From: the human T2T-CHM13v2.0 reference genome, Homo sapiens
Direction: 5' to 3' (one strand)
NCBI RefSeq assembly: GCF_009914755.1
Contig: NC_060930.1
Length of the DNA: 64,000 bases
The position numbers and the translations under genes were made by a program. The notes under the pieces are model-generated. The model did not search any database and had not been told where the DNA came from. It worked only from the letters and a program-made list of their open reading frames with translations. Within the stretch, counting starts at the first letter, position 1. Each line of letters starts with the position of its first letter. Below, piece by piece: positions 60,691 to 64,000 of the stretch.

Positions 60691-62829
60691 GGCAGAATGT
60701 CTATAGTTATAGATCATTAAAATATAGAAAGGTTTTATGGCAGGTCAAAAGTTAGAGTACATGGATTTTAAAGGATCATGTAAGTCTTTATTAAGATTGC
60801 ATTTAAGCTGAGCCTTAAACAACAATTAGAATTTGGGTATGCAGAGATGGGAGGAAATGGGGAGCAGATACGGACTAGACAGTCCATGTGGAGGAAATAG
60901 CTTAAGCAATAAGCTCAACTAATATACCAACTAAAATAATAATAATAACAATAAGCTTTGTATTTCAGAATTTATTGTCCTAGGAATTACTGCACAAAAT
61001 CGGAGCTGAAGTATGTCCCACGGTAAAATGCCCATCTCTGGTGTTTCTTTGCATCTAGGACAAGTTAACAGATAATGTATATAATTTCACATAATTACAG
61101 TAAAAGGTTAGTGCCAGTGAAATGGCCACAAGGGGTATTAAAATAACAAACGGCTAAGTGATGCTTCTTTGCTCCTTCTTCCTGGTGCACCCTGTTAGCT
61201 AATGGGGTAAAAAATCAGGAACAAAATGTTGTCCTCCCCTCTTTGGCTGATTTCCCCTTTGACCTTTTGGGGTTCAGGCTGTTTCCAGACTTCATTTGCA
61301 CACTCGTTTCTCCTCCTTCCCTGGCTTAGCACTCAGTGTTTCCACAGCAGATTAATGACAGCTAATAATATCTGATATATCTGGACATTGCCACATAATG
61401 AGTTGCAGTCCCACTGGGTCCCAGAAGTGTCACCACTAACAAATTCGCCAGACCTGCACATAATTAGCATGTAAAGGGAGTGATCGTGCAGTAAATCTGT
61501 AGGGGAAGATGGATAGCCCAGGAAAGAAAATGTAAGGGGAGAAAAATCCCTTCTTATCATGCCTTACTAAATATATGTTTCTTGGCAAGAATATTTTCTT
61601 GATAACAAACTGTGGACAGGTTACCTTAACAGTAACATTATTCCTTTCATGGCTGATAGGCAGAATTTCATTATGTCACAGCTAATGCTTCAATATTTCT
61701 GCAAAATGTCACCCTATGTAAATTAGGAGAGGTTAGGGTTTCCTTTGCAGTTTTCTTTAAAGATGCACGACCCCCTTTCATCGTGGCCTGGTGCTCACTT
61801 CTCTCCTCTTTGACAGGCTAGAATTTAGTGAAGAAACCTACAGAAACTTTGCCCTTAGCTTGCAAAAGCTAAATGAAATGGTATATATACTCAGAGACAG
61901 TGCCTTGAAAACTACAAATGGAATTTATACTAGAAAGCGAAAATAAAAAGAGAGAAGGAATCCAGAAACCACAGTGTACATAGTATGATTACCAACTTGG
62001 AGGCATGTTTCTCACATGATACTGAACATTTAGACCCACATGGTAATTTTAGGATTTGTCTCTTGCAATCGGAACAAAAATGGAAATGTTTCTGATTGTG
62101 TTCAGTGGGGCATGAGAGCTTTGCCCTGATCTTTCAAACCCAACACAGTAATCCATGCCAGAATAAGGCCTGCTACTTGAAAGAAAACCCCAAAAAATAT
62201 GACTGTGAAAATAAACCTGTTGAGGGAGACACTTCTGAAATGTGGATCAACTCTTTTCCTGCAAGAGTTAGGAAACTGAGCCAGAGGGCCTAGGTGAAAG
62301 TGTGAAGAAGTTTTAACAACCAAACCGGAAAAAGAGCGTTGATACACTGGGCCTTGGGAAGACATGCTGTGGAGGCTGTTTACCTCCTTTGACCTTTGAC
62401 TTGTGATGTGTGGCCAGTGTCAGCCTCCTATTTGATACCTCACAATTCTTCCAATAAACATAGGGATTGGGGGAGGACGATCATTCCTTGAAGCAGGATT
62501 TTGAGAAGTTAGTCCCGGATGCTCAGGGCAATCTAGTAGACAGTCAGCGCTTGTAGCCTGGTAATTACCCTGTAAGGTGATCGATAAAAACCCTGAGGGC
62601 AAAGACTCTTCTCCACCCCTCAATTCACTGCACTCAGGTTTCTGCCCCTCAATGCCCCTGAAAAGTGACATTGGTGACCTCCAAAACCATCCCTTGTAGG
62701 TCTTTTTTGATTTGAATGGTCTGTATCTTCAATGGGCAATTCCGTTCACACACATGATCTCCAATGTCCTTACACCGGCTGATTCCTAAATGCACGCTCC
62801 CAAGACCCTTTCAACCAATGCTCTACTGA

Positions 62830-63192
<363 letters not shown>

Positions 63193-63659
63193 GAAATTCA
63201 ACTTCTGTGTCAGCCAACACAGCCTAACCTCAACTCTCTCTTCCTATATTGAAAAATGTGATAGTGTCACAACTCTTCCAGTGTCCAAAGGCATTCAAGG
63301 AGTCACTCTTCCCTCACCCTCCTATTCAGTGTTGCAATTTTCTTAAATGCCTTTCATATTCACCCCCTTTTCTTTGAGTCTTCACTTCTTTACACTTTAT
63401 TTATCTCCTAGATTATAGAACACACGCTGGCAGGTCCTCTGATTCAAGTCTTATCTTTTCCCATCCTTCTGCTACCAGAATGATCTTTCTAAAACACAAA
63501 TGCAACCACATTACTCATTTCTTGTAAGCCCTCCAATGAGTCCCCATAGCCAAAATAATCAAGCTCAAATCCCTAAATTCCTTAAAGTAGCAGACACAAT
63601 TCTTTGCCTGGCTTCTGACTGACTGCCTTGCTTGCTTTATCTTGCTTGTTTGCTTGTTT

Positions 63660-63860
63660 TTGTTGTCAGATGTAGCATCTCAGTCCTACATCTGCATCTG
63701 CATTTTAAGAAGATTCCCAGGTGTTTTGAATTCACATTTAAAATCTGAGAAGCACTGATCTAGCACACTGGTTCTCAAGCTTGACTACATATGAACTCAC
63801 CTGAGAAGCTTTTAAAACGTATGATAACTGAGTCCCATTCCCAGAGATTCTAATTGAAAG
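63660..63860. mobile_element. MER5-type hAT fragments
   Basis: atctgcattttaagaagattcccaggtg...tgagaagcactg and gttctcaagcttgactacatatgaactcacctg...cccagagattct. Confidence 0.65.
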
Positions 63861-63864
63861 ATTT

Positions 63865-64000
63865 GTTAGATATGACATCACAAACTTGATTACCGAGGAC
63901 AAGAAAAAATAATTGATACAATTGAATTTTATCAAAGCTAAAATTTTTTGGTATTTGAAAGACGCTATTAAGAGAATGAATAAAGGTGATATTTCTACCT
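63865..64000 (+). mobile_element. Old L1M ORF2 fragment (runs off the window)
   Basis: ttagatatgacatca...aattgatacaattgaattttatcaaagctaaaattttttg. Confidence 0.6.

Overview
Primate (almost certainly human) non-coding, AT-rich genomic DNA, either intergenic or deep intronic. I cannot identify the locus, and I find no host protein-coding exon, RNA gene, CpG island or CRISPR/prokaryotic system. Nearly all ORFs in the track are chance ORFs or Alu/L1 read-throughs. The window holds a full-length but inactivated L1PA4/5-like LINE-1 (12516-18664; 15-bp TSD; ORF0/ORF1/ORF2 relics), several truncated, inverted or internally deleted L1s, and about 11 Alu elements or fragments, including a near-pristine AluYa5-lineage copy. 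It also has ERV1/ERVL solo LTRs, a Tigger2a, MER5-type DNA transposon relics, MIR/L2 fragments and microsatellites. Repeat subfamily names come from recalled consensus sequences and need RepeatMasker/Dfam confirmation. The most unusual signals are scars of local DNA copying. (i) A 41-bp copy of the L1 5' junction (flank + TSD + L1 YY1 site) sits inside an AluSc 1.07 kb upstream. (ii) A 162-bp segment was copied into a MER5 element about 400 bp upstream, with a 13-bp junctional stutter. (iii) An unexplained inverted repeat with 46-bp arms has pre-miRNA-like geometry. TE-poor, motif-rich blocks (about 24.5-27.7 kb and 61-61.8 kb) look like candidate conserved enhancers.
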